DNA of 63,969 nucleotides, filler included, from Folioceros fuciformis (Eukaryota): assembly GCA_049999805.1 (NCBI GenBank). It is 3 parts of one record of this genome, joined end to end, with 100 filler letters (N's around TTAATTAATTAA, not from the genome) between each part and the next. Parts side by side here need not be neighbours in the genome. Positions count along the whole stretch, not along the records: positions 36,841 to 63,969 come from JBNGIO010006183.1; 2 more parts are not named here. One strand, written 5' to 3'. This document shows positions 50,919 to 63,969 of this stretch, piece after piece; position 1 is the first letter of the stretch; the number at the start of each line of letters is the position of its first letter. The notes under the pieces are model-generated. The model saw nothing but the letters and a program-made list of their open reading frames with translations. It was not told the DNA's origin and ran no database searches. The translations under genes and the position numbers were made by a program.

Positions 50919-51568
50919 ATGGCTGGATCTGGCGTCTGCTACATCGGCATTCTTCTCCTGCTGGTACTCACCGCAGCGCAGGCACAAGGCAGGGTTCTGA
51001 GCAGCAATGAAGAGCGCACTGCGGGAAGACGCGCGCTCAAGGCCCTGGTGCCGGATCAGCCCCTGGTCCTGGAGTACCACGGCGGGAAGGTGCTGGGAGC
51101 CGGGGCTGGCATCAATGTCTACATTCTGTGGTACGGCGCCTTCTCCCGGGTGCAGAAGAACATCCTCAACGGCTTCATCAAGTCCATCGAGCTAAGCGGG
51201 GGAAGGAGCCCCAGCGTGACCAGCTGGTGGAAGCTCACGGCCGGCTACAGGGATGCCACAGGCGACACCGTCCCCGCGGCCGTGAAGCTGGCAGGGCAGG
51301 CCGAAGACAAGGGCTCCTTGGGCAAGAACCTCAAACAGGCCGACCTGGACTCTCTGGTGCAGCAGGCTCTGGACTCCAAGAAGCTACCTGTGGACGCGCA
51401 CGGGCTGTACTTCCTCCTGACCGCGGCCGACGTCGCCGTGGAGGATTTCTGCATGAACTCTTGCGGCAGCCACGCCGTGCTCAAGGGGCCCGCCAAGCTC
51501 CCTTTCGCTTGGGTCGGCAACTCCGGCAACCAATGCCCCGGCATGTGCGCCTGGCCGTTCGCCGCCCC
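50919..51568 (+). CDS. EXORDIUM/Phi-1 (phosphate-induced protein 1) family; 3' part lost in gap
   Basis: Signal peptide, then LEYHGG, YILWYG, PSVTSWW, LTAADVAVEDFCMNSCGSH, WVGNSGNQCPGMCAWPF. Confidence 0.93.
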
Positions 51569-51968
51569 NNNNNNNNNNNNNNNNNNNNNNNNNNNNNNNN
51601 NNNNNNNNNNNNNNNNNNNNNNNNNNNNNNNNNNNNNNNNNNNNNNNNNNNNNNNNNNNNNNNNNNNNNNNNNNNNNNNNNNNNNNNNNNNNNNNNNNNN
51701 NNNNNNNNNNNNNNNNNNNNNNNNNNNNNNNNNNNNNNNNNNNNNNNNNNNNNNNNNNNNNNNNNNNNNNNNNNNNNNNNNNNNNNNNNNNNNNNNNNNN
51801 NNNNNNNNNNNNNNNNNNNNNNNNNNNNNNNNNNNNNNNNNNNNNNNNNNNNNNNNNNNNNNNNNNNNNNNNNNNNNNNNNNNNNNNNNNNNNNNNNNNN
51901 NNNNNNNNNNNNNNNNNNNNNNNNNNNNNNNNNNNNNNNNNNNNNNNNNNNNNNNNNNNNNNNNNNNN
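51569..51968. other. Assembly gap (400 N)
   Basis: Run of N. Confidence 0.99.
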
Positions 51969-52775
51969 AAGGGGGTGGTGTGCTTGACGCACGGCTATGG
52001 CAACGACACGGGCTGGCTGTTCCAGAGCCTGGCCATGGAGGTGGCGAGGTGGGGGTACATTGCGGCGGCGGCGGACCTCCTGGGGCACGGCCGATCGGAG
52101 GGTCTGCCGGGCTACGTCTTCAGCCTGGATGCCTTTGCGGAGGCGCAGCTCGAGTTCTTCCAGGCCGTACGGGAGAAGCACAAGGGGTTGCCGGCATTTC
52201 TGTTCGGGGAGTCGCTGGGCGCGGCGGTGACGCTGCTCATGCACTGGCAGGATCCATAGGGTTGGGCCGGCGCGGTGCTGAGCGCGCCCATGCTTAAGGT
52301 TCCCGAGCGCATGATGCCGCCGTGGTGGGTGAAGCTCACGGGCTACCCCGTGTTGAGCTTGGCGGATAGCTGGGCCGTGGTGCCCGAGAGGCGGAGGCCG
52401 AATCAGGCTATGTCGGCCAATGCCCAGGCCATCGCTGCCAATCCCAGGCTGTATACGGGGAAGCGCAGGATCGGGACCATACGGGAGATCCTGCGGGTGT
52501 GTGACTACTTCGATCGTAACTTCGAGCGATGTGCCTTGCCCTTCCTTGCGTTGCACGGCGCCAGCGACATGGTGGCTGACATCCAGGGGACCAGGGCCTT
52601 GTACGAGCGGGCAGGCAGCTCGGATAAGACGTTGAAGGTATACCAGGGTGCCAGGCACTCGCTCATACACGGGGAACCGGATGAGGTCAGTACTATTGTA
52701 TTGCAGGATATTAGGGCGTGGCTGGACGACCGCGTGGAGAAGCACCAGATTGGCGATGTAGCTCGAAGGCCTTGA
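51969..52775 (+). pseudogene. Caffeoyl shikimate esterase / monoacylglycerol lipase-like hydrolase; 5' part in gap, one in-frame TAG at 52257
   Basis: THGYGNDTGWLFQ, ADLLGHGRSEG, PAFLFGESLG, PFLALHGASD, DKTLKVY..HSLIHGEPDE. The frame continues across GAT CCA TAG GGT TGG. Confidence 0.8.
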
Positions 52776-53798
52776 CTTGGCTCCTGGCGCAGCAGATGCA
52801 ACGTTTGCCGTTCCCCCTGTGTGTGGGACATTGTTGGTTGAGCAACTCTTCTCAGGTGACTGCTGAATCGGCTTGTCCCTCCCTAGTTTCCAGCATCGGA
52901 CTGAAAAGGGGCATCCTTGATGAAGGAGTGGAATTTCTTCCGGAAGTGCACCTGAGTAACTAGCCGAGCTACGGGGATCGAAGGAAGAAACAAGGCAGGG
53001 ATCCTTTTGCCTTATTTTCAAGGATAGTTTGCACTACCTCAGGTACTCTGGCTAGCTCGTGCCTGCGAAGCACGACAGCCACTAGATACTACGGAGCTTA
53101 CATCCTTCTGCTACGGCAGGAGATGAATATGCTTCACCTAGGGTTTTTGGTGACTGTCGGAGCTCGCAGAGTTTGTACACAACGGTGGCAAGGCAGGCTT
53201 TGTGGCACGGTATGTTACAGTGGGATTTGAATCGGCTATTGAGAACCAGGGAGTACGCACAGCTGACATTTTCCATGAGCCAGCATCATCGGTCATGGGT
53301 GCGACTGGACGCTGGAAGAAGTACGTGAAACACCCGTCAAGGGATTGACATTTCGTGCTTCTCCATGGACACAAGGAATTTGGTTCCTGTCGAAGGAGAC
53401 CAGCGTGGCAACTCCTCGAGTTTGAAAGGGAGAGTTATTAATGATGAAAATCCTGGGGGACAACTCTATAAAAGCAGAAAAATCCGTTTCTCCTCACGCT
53501 TCCTCATGAGTTCTGAGTCGAACCAAATGTCTGCCGAACGTGAAGGGCTTTCAAAGAGGCGGACGGTTAGTAACCGTCACCTTTCTGTGCCCTTTCTGTG
53601 CATGAGACCAGCTGGCTCTTTCTTCGTCCAACACGAATGACGAAGGCATGTCTGTTGCCTGACCTTAGTGATGGAAGCGTGCGTGCGAGGTAGCGGCAGC
53701 GTTCGAAAACTCCTCCTGGGTGGGTTTAGGTGCAACTCCCAAGAAGCAACCCCACGTGCATTGCATAGCACGATCAACAGCTGACGGGGTTGGTAGCG

Positions 53799-56700
53799 AT
53801 GGCCGTGGACAAGAACAAGAACATGACCGCACCGGTGAAGGAAGCAGGTGCCGCCAACAGGCCGTCCTCTCCCTCACGACCAGTGAGACCAGTGGGAGCC
53901 CGGAACAGCCGCTCCGCCTCGCCACCTCGCAAAGGAAGGGCTCCCAGCCGGAAAGAAAGCAACATCAGCCTGAATTGGGTGGAGTACGAGGGCGCCATCA
54001 AGGGCAGGGAAGATGAGCGACTGGAAGAGGCCTACAATGCCCCCAGGGCGCTGTCCCGGGAGGCTTCCAGGCGTCCCAGCCGCAGCTCCACGCCGGAGGT
54101 TGGGACTGCGCTCAGGAGGTCTCCGTCTCCGGACCCGGAGCTGCTGCCCGTCTCCCGCTGGTTCTCCGCCTCGCCCGCCTCGGGTCGGAGCAGCAGGGCT
54201 CTGTCGCCCTCTCCCCCTAGCGGATCTTCCCCTTCCAGAAGCTCCTTCAACTCTCCCTCCCCGCCTGTCTCCTCCCCCAAGGGCTCTTACAAGAGACGAG
54301 GCTCTTCCAGCACGTCGCCATCATCTCCTGCCTCTCCGTCCCTATCGCGCTCTCCATCTCCCGAGGCCCATGTTTCACGGGCTGCCACTCCGTCTTCAGC
54401 TCAGCGGCCCAGTTTGAAGCTAGGTCCGCTGCTCACCAACACGCCCAACTGCAGCTGCGAGGATGGGGATCCCAAGTGTGAGCACCGGCCTAGGAGTCCA
54501 TCGCGGCCTACTTCCTTCGTCACGCTGCTTCCCGAGCCCGAGTCCACCTCAACTTCCTCCAACAAAGCAGAGGGACACGTCCCCAATCCGAACGCGGTGC
54601 AAACCCCCAGGTCAGCATTGCTTTGCTTTTGCCACTGTTAGCAGCTTCGGTGGTGGTGCTTGCGCATGCGGGGTGGTCCTTCTGAGCCAGTGTGTCCGAC
54701 GCAGAGTGCCAGGAGACGAGACGGGGAGCTCTGTAGGACAAAACCCTCAGAATGACTTATCTCAGGTTCCAGCAATTCTGGAGAAAGAGGGACTCTTGCT
54801 CAAAATTCCTAGCTATCTAATCAAGGCACAGGCATCTGCTTTCGGACCCAGTGTGAGGCCTTCGCCAGAACCACAGGAAAACCCTTTTGTAAGGAATGAG
54901 CGTTTCAGCCGCGCCAACATAGACTTGCATGTGCCTACCACCGTGAGACCTAGAAGCAGCATGGACAGTGGTCGCAGGAGCAGCGTCCTGGACTTAATCA
55001 TGCAGGTGAGGTGACCATGCCACTGCTCATGACTGGAGTCGTAACTGTAGTCATCTTGCAGCAAGGCATAAAGGCATCCTTGCTTAAAGGCACACACTGC
55101 CCTATTGATCAGGGCACTGATCTCCGAAACAGAGGCAGCGTTGATGCATCGGCCAAGCAATGTCGAAGGGAGACGGTGACAATCCCTGTGAACGCAAAGC
55201 AATGGCTCCTTCAGTCCATTGGGCTAAAGGACGAACAGATCCGTGCTATGCTGGATCAGGTGATCTGTCTTGGACTGGAATTCTCGTTTCTTGTTGTACC
55301 ATCTCATGTGTCGGACCAGAAGACTATATTGAAATCATCCAGATGGAAGCTGTTCCTTCATCGGCAGCAGATCATGTACGTGAAGTCAAGGCAGAGTGGG
55401 ATGCTTTGGAAGCCCGAGATCAGCGTCTCTCCCCAGCAGCAGAATTTCTTAGAAAGGATCAAGCGCTTCTGCAGAAAGTGAAAGGGCTGCTGCATCGTTT
55501 CACTGACCATCCTCACCCTGAGAAGCGTCTCGACGCAGGCAACTTTCGACAAACTTGATCATCTTCCCCACTGGGCCACCAGATTTTGTGACAGTTGATA
55601 TAGTAGCTACGGACGCAAGTTGAGTGTCACATTAACGGGGCTGGAATACAGGTGCCAGAGACGAGGCAGGGAATGAGAGGAAGACGAGCTTCGAGCAAGC
55701 GGAGGATCTCCTTACAAGCCTTCTAGCCGAAGGCCACATGCCAATCGCTGCTCAACCAGGACAAGGATCTGTGGACCAGGACAGACCTAACAAGACGAGT
55801 GATGATCACACGACTGGGACTCTGTTGTTAGCACCTTCCTCACCCCCAGCAGCTGGACCTGTCAGTACACCAGGGCTTCAACCTCGACGAAGTGTGTCAC
55901 CTGTAGGTAGCATTGTTGGAAAATTTATTTGCCAGTGCTGTGGCGAAATTAATGCCGCTGCTACACCCCACTCCAACGTTGGTCGGAACAGTCCTTTGCC
56001 TAAGGAGATCGCCCAAAGAACACCATCTTTGTTCCCAAGTCTATCCGTACCATCGGGAGCTTCTCTTCCTTCACTTATACCTCTTGACGACTACGTGGTG
56101 CGGAAGGGAATGTTCAAAGTATGTGCCGTTTCATCTTTGTGCGCTGAGCCCCTTTGGTTATTATGTTATGGCTTGCCAGTCCACACTCCCTCCTGATGTC
56201 AAGTGTTGTTGTTCCGTAGCCAGACAACGAGTACAAAGCAGCATTCTCGCACCTGGACAAGAGGTGGTACTTTGTGCTCTTCCCGGCACTTCAGGTAGTT
56301 CATACATTTATCGCCAGATACCCGCGTGCGTGGTGTGTATCAGCTTATGCTCGTGTGGCATATATATGTCCCATGTAATGTTCAATGTTGGGCACTTGGG
56401 GGATAACAGCCAGGTAAAAGGGAGGATGTAGAGCTCTTGGGTGCATGGCTCCAGCATGCCACTCAGCGTAACAGTCGTGAAACACCAGATGGTGCATTTG
56501 AGGATGTCGAATCAGCGTTTGTGTTGCACTGTATTGCGTTTCTGGAGATTGTGAGACAGGTACTCAACTGTTGCAAATGGCAAACCGAGTTGACGAGATA
56601 AAAGACCGTGACTGAAAGCCTTGCCGTGTGACGAGGCACTTAGGAACTTACGAGGGTTGGATGGAATAACAGGTCAGAATTCATTGTGAGGATAGAGGCA

Positions 56701-59700
56701 ATCTTCTTCTCCATCTCTGGCGACAACTCCTCCGAATATTCAACCAGGTCCATGTTCTGTCGGGTTAGCTACTACGCTTCCTCTCTGACCGCCGCAAAGC
56801 TTTTTGACATCCATCATATTCCAAGAAGCATCTTGCTCTTGAAGTTGATCAAGATGAGTGCTTACAGTGTACTTCTGTGGAATCTCCCCTCCAGGTCATG
56901 GTATTGGTGGAGCCCAGATTAAACGCAGCTGAAGAGGAGGTCAGACTTATCAACGAAAAGATGGTTGCAGAGAAAGCAATCTACGAGGAAAGATACAAGG
57001 AAACAGAGATGCTGAAAAACCAAATTGCAGGGCTTGAGCAACTTCAGAAGAAACAAGCATACGAACTGTCCAAGATACATCGATGCCGCCTCTGTCTTTC
57101 TGAGAACATGACTCCAAGGTCTAGGGAGGAGTTGCTTCGAAAGGCACGGGGAAAATGGTTTACCAGCATAAGTGATAACAAAGACGAAGTTGGTGCAAAG
57201 GAAGCCAAAGAGAGCAGCCAAGCAGTTCTCGACATGGGTTACAAGTATAGTCTCAAAACACTGATGCTCCGTGGGTATTGTTTGTCCACGAACATCGCAC
57301 AGGCAGACACTACCTAATTCTTCAGTCTGCAGACATATGGCACAGCTTTGTCCTGCGTGAAATTATCGATGGTAGTTGCATAAGTGTTTCTCATACGATT
57401 ATAGAGCTGCAGCGTTGCAGGACCAGAGCCTTTTTGGTGGTCGCATGAGAAGTGGCTGGAAGATCGTCCACTTAGTTTGTGGTGCTGATGTGGTATTTGT
57501 GAACGACAGAGCGATAGAGGCGGCCAAGGTTGCTCTTGCTGACAAAGAGCGAGAGCACAAAGAATTGAAGAGCGCCATAGACCGGAAAAATCAGGAGGCC
57601 ACATCCAAGAAGCAGGAATCCACCAAGAAATTACACAACGAAGCTCAAAAGGAAAAGGAAAGGGAAGAGGAAAAGGAGAAGGAAAAGGACACGGAGGGAG
57701 ACACCGCCCCAACATCCAAAACCCGTGATTCTAAGGAGAAACAGGATCCTCAACAGTCTGGATGGGAGGTAGGGTGCCGTAAAACTCATCCTTCTTTGCA
57801 ACGTGAAACATGACTACTGCTGTGACTGTTCTCTCTGGGTCGAGCAGAGAATGAAAAAGGTATTGATGGACGCCATAGTAGGAAGTGATGAGGTGCTTCC
57901 ATCGGAAGAAGACAGACAATCAGAGTTATCAGGCTCAGTGTATGCTGAGCGGGAGGATAGTGATAGTGAAAGCAGTGATGAAGATACTGATCGTGATTCC
58001 GGCTCACAAGATTCCTCTGCTGGAAGTGGCGAAAGTAGTGAGTACTCTAGTTCACTAGACTCGGAAGGTGCTGCAGAATTGGAAACGAGGATAGCCTACC
58101 TTTTGACTTTACCAGAAGCATGCACACAAACAGAAGAGGATGAGCTGAAGGAAAGGCACATTCCCAGTAGTGTTGTAGTGCAATCTGCTACAACTTAGGT
58201 TCCGTGACGTATTTCAAGTTCCAGTGGAGTGATTTGTTGGATGGTATGGTTTGAATTACAGGGGTATGCAAAGAGACCCAAGTCTGCTCCTGGAAGGCTT
58301 GAGACATGGTATCCTAAGATAAAAAAAATTACACGGCTGAAGAAGTTTGATGAATTTGCAAGTGATAAGGAAGTGGCGCGTAATGCTCAAGACTCGGCAG
58401 CTGAACTTGATGCCATAGAAACCCAACTAGCAAAATACGGGGCACTTGCCGAGGATACCATTTTCTTCCTGGAGAGTAGCCTTCCTGTTGTGGAGGGCAC
58501 ACTGGCTACCGATATCAAAAGGCTGCTACGAAGGTAGCTATTCTGATCCGGGTTTTGCAGCTGAGAAGACTGCTGGAAGCCCCGTGACAAGTGCTCCCTG
58601 CTTTAGGTACCGAGAGATTACAGGGAGGGATGCAGCTGATGAGACCGAGGACGATGTGTTTATAAGTCCAAGCAGAAGGGGAAGTGTTCAAAGCATTGCG
58701 GAGGAAGGAGATGACGGTCAAGAGGGTGAACCAGCCCGCAGGAGCCGTAGGGGGACCAAAAAGGTTGGAAAGAGACGTGTCGCTGGTTATCTCTCCACGA
58801 CAGCCTCTTCACGCAGTGGCAGCGTTCAGCCAATGGAGGAGATAGTTGGCGACAGGGCCAGTGATTTGAAGTAAGTAGGTGCTGTTTTCTGTTGTCCTAC
58901 TTAACTCTCCTCGTCTCTTCGACTAGGCATGAGGTCAAGTGGGACTTACGCTAGATTTCCATGGCAGGGGACTGGTATCGAAGACGCCTGTTCCGTTAGG
59001 CTTCGGACATTTGATGAACATCAAGGTCTCACCAAAGAACACGCGCTTCATGAACATACGGCAGGTCAGTAATGCTCTTCAGCAGACTCACCTGCCTTCC
59101 AGCACATGGATAGTGTTGAAACCCTGCCCGAGGAAACCCAATCGAGGCAACCATCTCTGAACGTTGCAGCTGACGAGGCTGATATCATCAATATATACTG
59201 CAAAGATCGAGGCTGACATGATCGACGACGACAGCAATCTTGACAGGCAGACCTGTTGTGAATTCATATACGATCACATGCTGCATCAATATGGGCTGAA
59301 AAAGCTGTCTGAGGCAGCGATCCATGGAATGTTCAAAACCATCCGAAGCCTTATAGTTAGTAGGCAGATTGAGAAGGTTCATCGGGTGAGTTTGCACTTA
59401 CCTGTCTCGTGGATATTTCAAAATTACTCGCAGGACGCTGTGTTTGCATGGTCTCCAATTTATGTTACGCTGTCAACTGGGCAGATACGTTTGTTTTCAA
59501 GGTTTGTTGGGTTTGATGCTAAAACCCAGTATGGAGAGCGCGATCTGTACGTGTACTTGAAGGTACAAGGATCTTGCAGGATTTGTTGTGACCTGAAGAA
59601 AGAATCTGCGTACCGAAATAAAGAAGCTGACACCTATGGTGCCTGGGCCAGACACTTGCCAAGGCTCAGGCAAAAGTGGGTACCATCTTCACCACGGAGC

Positions 59701-60897
59701 AGGAGGAGGGCCAGTGCTTCGTGAATTGTGCTCTTCTCTACAATTTCACAGATGAGCCCAGTTTGGTGGAGCGCTGCGGAGGACAGGACGCTACCAGCGC
59801 GCTAGTTGAGAAATTCGCAGCTGGCAATGCTGTCAAGGAAAAGTGTTCTCCTGAGGTAGTGCAGTCGGCTAGAACTTGCACTCCCCGTATGAGGTCCATA
59901 CCGGTCAGGTGGCCCGGCGTCAAACGGTTGTGGGCTGCAGGTGAAGAAACTGGTGAAGCTGAGCGAGGTTCGAAAGCTGGACTGGGATCTGCTCATGGAG
60001 GCAGTTCTTGACACCAAGGAACAAAGAGATCCGGTGAGCAAATTCTGACAAGACTGCTTACTCGCTTTCTGGAAGCGGATGGAAATTCAACCCCTCCGCA
60101 ACAGCTTACACCTCCAATTCCCTCACATAGGCGCAAGACGCCAAGAAACTTGCGGCAAGACGGAAGTCCACACGGGTGCCCTTGTCAAAAGAGAAGGTAA
60201 GGATTCGGGCGGTGGACAGGCTCTCTTTTCTGCTAGACTTTGTTGTGACAAGATAGCTGACAAGGATTGGTTTGCATGGGTGTGGGCGCAGAGGCAAGAA
60301 CTGGAGACTGTATTCATTGCAGGAGACGTCACACAGGAAGGGTTACTCACCTTCAACGACTTCCGAGACATCATCTCAACTGCAAATCCCAGCATAAAGA
60401 GTCAGATTGCCACTCGAATGTACCGTGAGACGCTGGTCCTAATGGATGGAGGAGATCGCATCAGCCCGTCAGCTTTTGCCACCATTGCCCACACCCGCGG
60501 CATCAGTGCTCCTCCAGATGTGATATACATTGTCCTGAAAAGGACTTGGGCCAAGGTTCGCGGACTCACAGTGCCACTAGCTCTTCTCCTAATCATCACA
60601 GCAGCTGCAGGAGGACACATAACGCAGCATTCCCATTTGGTTGCTGCGGGTGTGCAGGCACAACAGCGGGTGAACGTGAACCTGCTGAAAGACAAGGACA
60701 CCAAAGCCGAGTTCGAGGAGGCGCGCGGCGCCCTGGCAGAGATGATCGAGGCAAGAAAAGACCTCAACGCGGCGGTGCAGATCTTCCGTGCTTTTGTGCT
60801 GAAGTTTTGCAAGAGTGCTCCAGACGCTCCAGTGGAGACAATGGACGAAGGAGAAGAGTCGTCGGAGGAGCCGACGTTCGCTTTTCAGGAGGAATGA
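53799..60897 (+). CDS. Large multi-exon putative ciliary protein (axonemal dynein light-chain-like domain, coiled coils, TSNAXIP1-like region, EF-hand)
   Basis: FLEIVRQ|VRIHCEDRGNLLL resembles the p28/DNALI1-type ELIRQVT..C.ERG.LL motif. IYTAKIEAD...FIYDHMLHQYGLKK resembles TSNAXIP1-like proteins. EF-hand-like DVTQEGLLTFNDF. Many GT-AG bounded coding blocks; the full exon chain was not traced. Confidence 0.7.
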
Positions 60898-63099
60898 CCT
60901 GCGGGAAGTTGCATCGACAGTCGCACAGCTTATCACGGCAGAAAGTGCGCTTCAATGCGACAAGAATGACAGAAAATGACAAGTTAATATTTGTTTGCCG
61001 GCAATCCCGTCGTCCCATTCGAGCGTCCTCCGTCCAGCACTCCCGTAACCGCAGTCCCCGTCGCAGTTCACCTCGCATGACAACGGCGAGGGATGGCGTG
61101 GGTTAACCAGCTAGCTGCCTTAACCTCGAAGGGCCCCCCCTCCATCGCTGGCAGCAAACTCACCAAACCCCTGTTTAAGGACATTTGTCACTCAGCACGA
61201 TCGGGGAAGACTATTGCAACCGGGAAGGACACTCTCTCAAATTCCTGGATAGAGATGCTCACAGTAGAATGAATTTCAATAGTGAGATCCTGGATCTGGA
61301 GCTGCAGTGCAATTTATCTACAAGGGAACGGTAAGACCCGGCTCCCTGTCGGGCACCAACAGCACAAGTCTGGCGTGAACTACCCAAGCAGCTCCACTAG
61401 GTCGGTGACGCAAAAGCCACAAGGCAGGTAGGCAGGCAGGCAGATCCGGGACAAGAATCACGATGTCACACAAACATTTTGCAAGCCTTAGCCCAGTTGC
61501 ATCTCCGGTGATAGAAAATTGCATCCCCGAGAGGCAGCCACTGTAGCGCGGTGCTCAATCGCTGTCGCCGGGCCTAGCCTTTCCTCGGGTGGAGGCGGTA
61601 AAAGTTGGCAGAGCTCCGAGTGCGTGGCCATGCGCGGCCATGGCAGTTGGCCGGGTCGTCGGGCCTCGATCCGAGACCCCGGCCCAGACCGGCCAGGTCC
61701 TGGCAGCTTGGCTGCCTCCGCCTCCGATCCACCGCCCTCCCACTTGAATATTCTACCGCACAGCCTGCTGCCTCACCGCAACGAGTGAATCTCGCGCGTT
61801 TCCGAGATTCCACCAACCGCTGCACACTGCACTGCACAATGCATTGTCCACTGCGCAGTGACGTTACTGTGCGGTGAAGCGTAAGCCGACTGTTCGCCCT
61901 CGCCCCATACGAAGCCTCCGTCCCGCGCCACACCCTTGTTATGTTCCCACGCAACCCGCTCGAAAAAGCACCCTTTCTATTTCTATTTCTGTACTCAAAA
62001 AAACATCCCTCTCTAACCACCGTTGCATCAAGCCTCTAATCTATCCATCCCATCGTTAATACAGTATAACGCAACTCATCTAGGACTCATTATCTTGCAT
62101 GCACTCCATCACATTTAGTACAAGTTCCATACGACGTGTCTGTTTCTAGCACAACTGGTTGCTGGCAGGTCGCTATAGCAGCTGTGTCCTTTGGTCCTCT
62201 TCTTACTACCTTATCCCCTCATCGTGCACAAGGCGTCTACCTTACTATCCTCGTTCTTCCCCACTTTCTATGGATCTTGTCTCGTTCTTCCCCACTTTCT
62301 ATGGATCTTGTCTACTTTCCATGGATCACGTCGTTCCTTCATCTTGCCTTACTTACAAATTACAGTACACACTACCTGACACTGTCATTGAGGACAAGCA
62401 ATAAGTACATGAATGTTGCCTGTTGTGATACTACTCCTACCTACCACAACCATGTTCATTGCTCTGACACAATGCGTACTTGCAGTGACTAAATGGCACC
62501 AGCCAACCAATGAGCCATTGTTGTCCGGACTAAATAGCTTTATTGTCCCACGCATTCATAGCCTTACTACCACTAGGGTGCAACGTACACACATGAATGA
62601 GATTGGATCGTAGGGTGCAATGCGCAGCACGACTAAGACTAGATTGTTGTCACTTGTGCGGCAAGAGTTGGGTTGATCTTGATCAATCTTGTACAACCCT
62701 TGAACATTCATCCATAGCTATCAGTGATTTGCAAGACATTGCCCCATGGCTCACACTTGTAAATCTTCCCCTCACCCCCATATGTGTTTGCAAGAGATAT
62801 ATGTAAGAGGGAAGGATTAACTCATAGGGAGCATATTCTGTTCAAGATTTTAGTATTGAGCATGATGATTAGTTAGTAGAGGATTTAGCCAAGGTTGGCT
62901 AAGGCATTTGATGCATAGATGAAAGCCTGTCAAACATGATAAGTAAGAGCACAGCAACCGAAGAGTAGAATATTCTGAGGAGATTAAGAAGGGAGAGAAT
63001 ATTCGGCAATGCTGCATAATTTACTCTCAGAATTTTTTAGGGGGAGAAGGAAAAATGAATCAGTGACGGATTAGGGAGAGGCGGCGGGAAACCGGGAGG

Positions 63100-63969
63100 T
63101 GACCGGACTGGGAGGTAAGAGATGCTCCTCTGCCCTGGCCTGCCCAGCCCTGCCCTGCCCTCTCTCTCTTTGGTTTCGTCCCTGGGCAGCTTTCCGGGCG
63201 TCTCATCTCTTGTGTGCCCACAGCGAAGAGCGTCCTCCCCCTCTCTTCCCGTCGCTGCCATCCTCCCCGTCCGGGCTTGAGCGCCCCTGCCTACTCTGCA
63301 CTGACCTACACCGGCCTCTCCGCGCGCGCCTGCAGACCATCACCTGCCTGCCTGCACCAGACCGTGCTTCAGCTCCCACCTTCGGGACGCCCTCCCCTCC
63401 TCTCATTCCCCAGCCTCTCCGCCTTGTCCACTGGCGGCCCCGGCGCCGGCCCGATTATCCCCGCCCTCTCGCCTGTGCAGCGCCAGTCGGGGTGGCTGCT
63501 GGCCCGATTGACGCCCTCCAGCTGCAGCTGCTGCTGGAGCAGGAGCAGGAGCTGGAGCTGGAGCGGGAGCCCCGGCGGAAGCTGCAGCGGAGCGCCGGCC
63601 GGGCAGCTGCTTAGATTTGTGAGCGGGGATTCCCGGCCAACTCGGGGTAGAGCGTGGGACTTGGCTCCTTGTTGCTGCTGGCTGCGATATGGTTTAGCTT
63701 CCGCTGCGGTAATTGGCGGCTCGGTGGCTTCCGGGTAGGTGGGGAGCTCTCCTGCTGCTGTACTGTGCGGGGAGGCTGCAAGGCGCGAGCCTGGTGGAGG
63801 GGAGGCTCCTTGGGACGCGTTTGAGGTGTTGGGGTGTAGCATTCTGGCACAGGCGCAGCTCTTGATCACGGTAATCTCTTTTCCGCCTCCTTGTGGCTGG
63901 GGTCCGTTGTCTATGTTTTTCTAAGCTACAGGTGGTCATCTGCGGTGCTTGCGGGGGATGCCCGTGTAT
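63100..63969 (+). other. Possible 5' leader and first intron of a gene continuing beyond the window
   Basis: GC- and pyrimidine-rich tract, candidate donor gtgagc ~63619, acceptor tttttctaagctacag ~63931, ATG at 63958. Confidence 0.3.

Noticed and set aside
50757-53021. 500-aa, 389-aa and 545-aa ORFs spanning the N gap
   Set aside because: Artefacts of translating through Ns. The real content is two separate partial genes; the other frames are shadows of GC-rich coding sequence.
62251-62312. 31-bp tandem duplication tcgttcttccccactttctatggatcttgtc
   Set aside because: A simple local duplication with no associated element recognised.

Overview
Eukaryotic nuclear DNA from a compact land-plant genome, most likely a hornwort. 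This is an inference from short GT-AG introns, a PLS-PPR relic with a PGQSWW box and a cilia-type gene. The window has three assembly gaps; two are 44N-TTAATTAATTAA-44N artificial linkers. Recognisable genes, in order: OXS3-like (+), acetylornithine deacetylase (-), a TSP1/EGF type-I membrane protein (-, 5' end lost in a gap), a PHR1-like MYB-CC transcription factor (+), tRNA-Lys(CTT) (-), a PPR pseudogene (-), an ILK-type ankyrin kinase (+), a secreted double alpha/beta-hydrolase (-), condensin II CAP-D3 (-), a tail-anchored coiled-coil protein (+), EXORDIUM/Phi-1 (+, partial), a CSE-like esterase with an in-frame stop (+, partial) and a large putative ciliary gene (+). The most unusual block is 12.5-24 kb. 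It holds a full-length CRE-like non-LTR retrotransposon (C2H2-RT-CCHC-RLE) broken only by 12 transition-type stop codons, a ~34-bp minisatellite containing TTTAGGG directly upstream of it, an inverted 5'-truncated relative, and an AT-rich gene for a membrane protein with four thrombospondin-1 repeats. All calls come from reading the sequence by eye; no searches were run.
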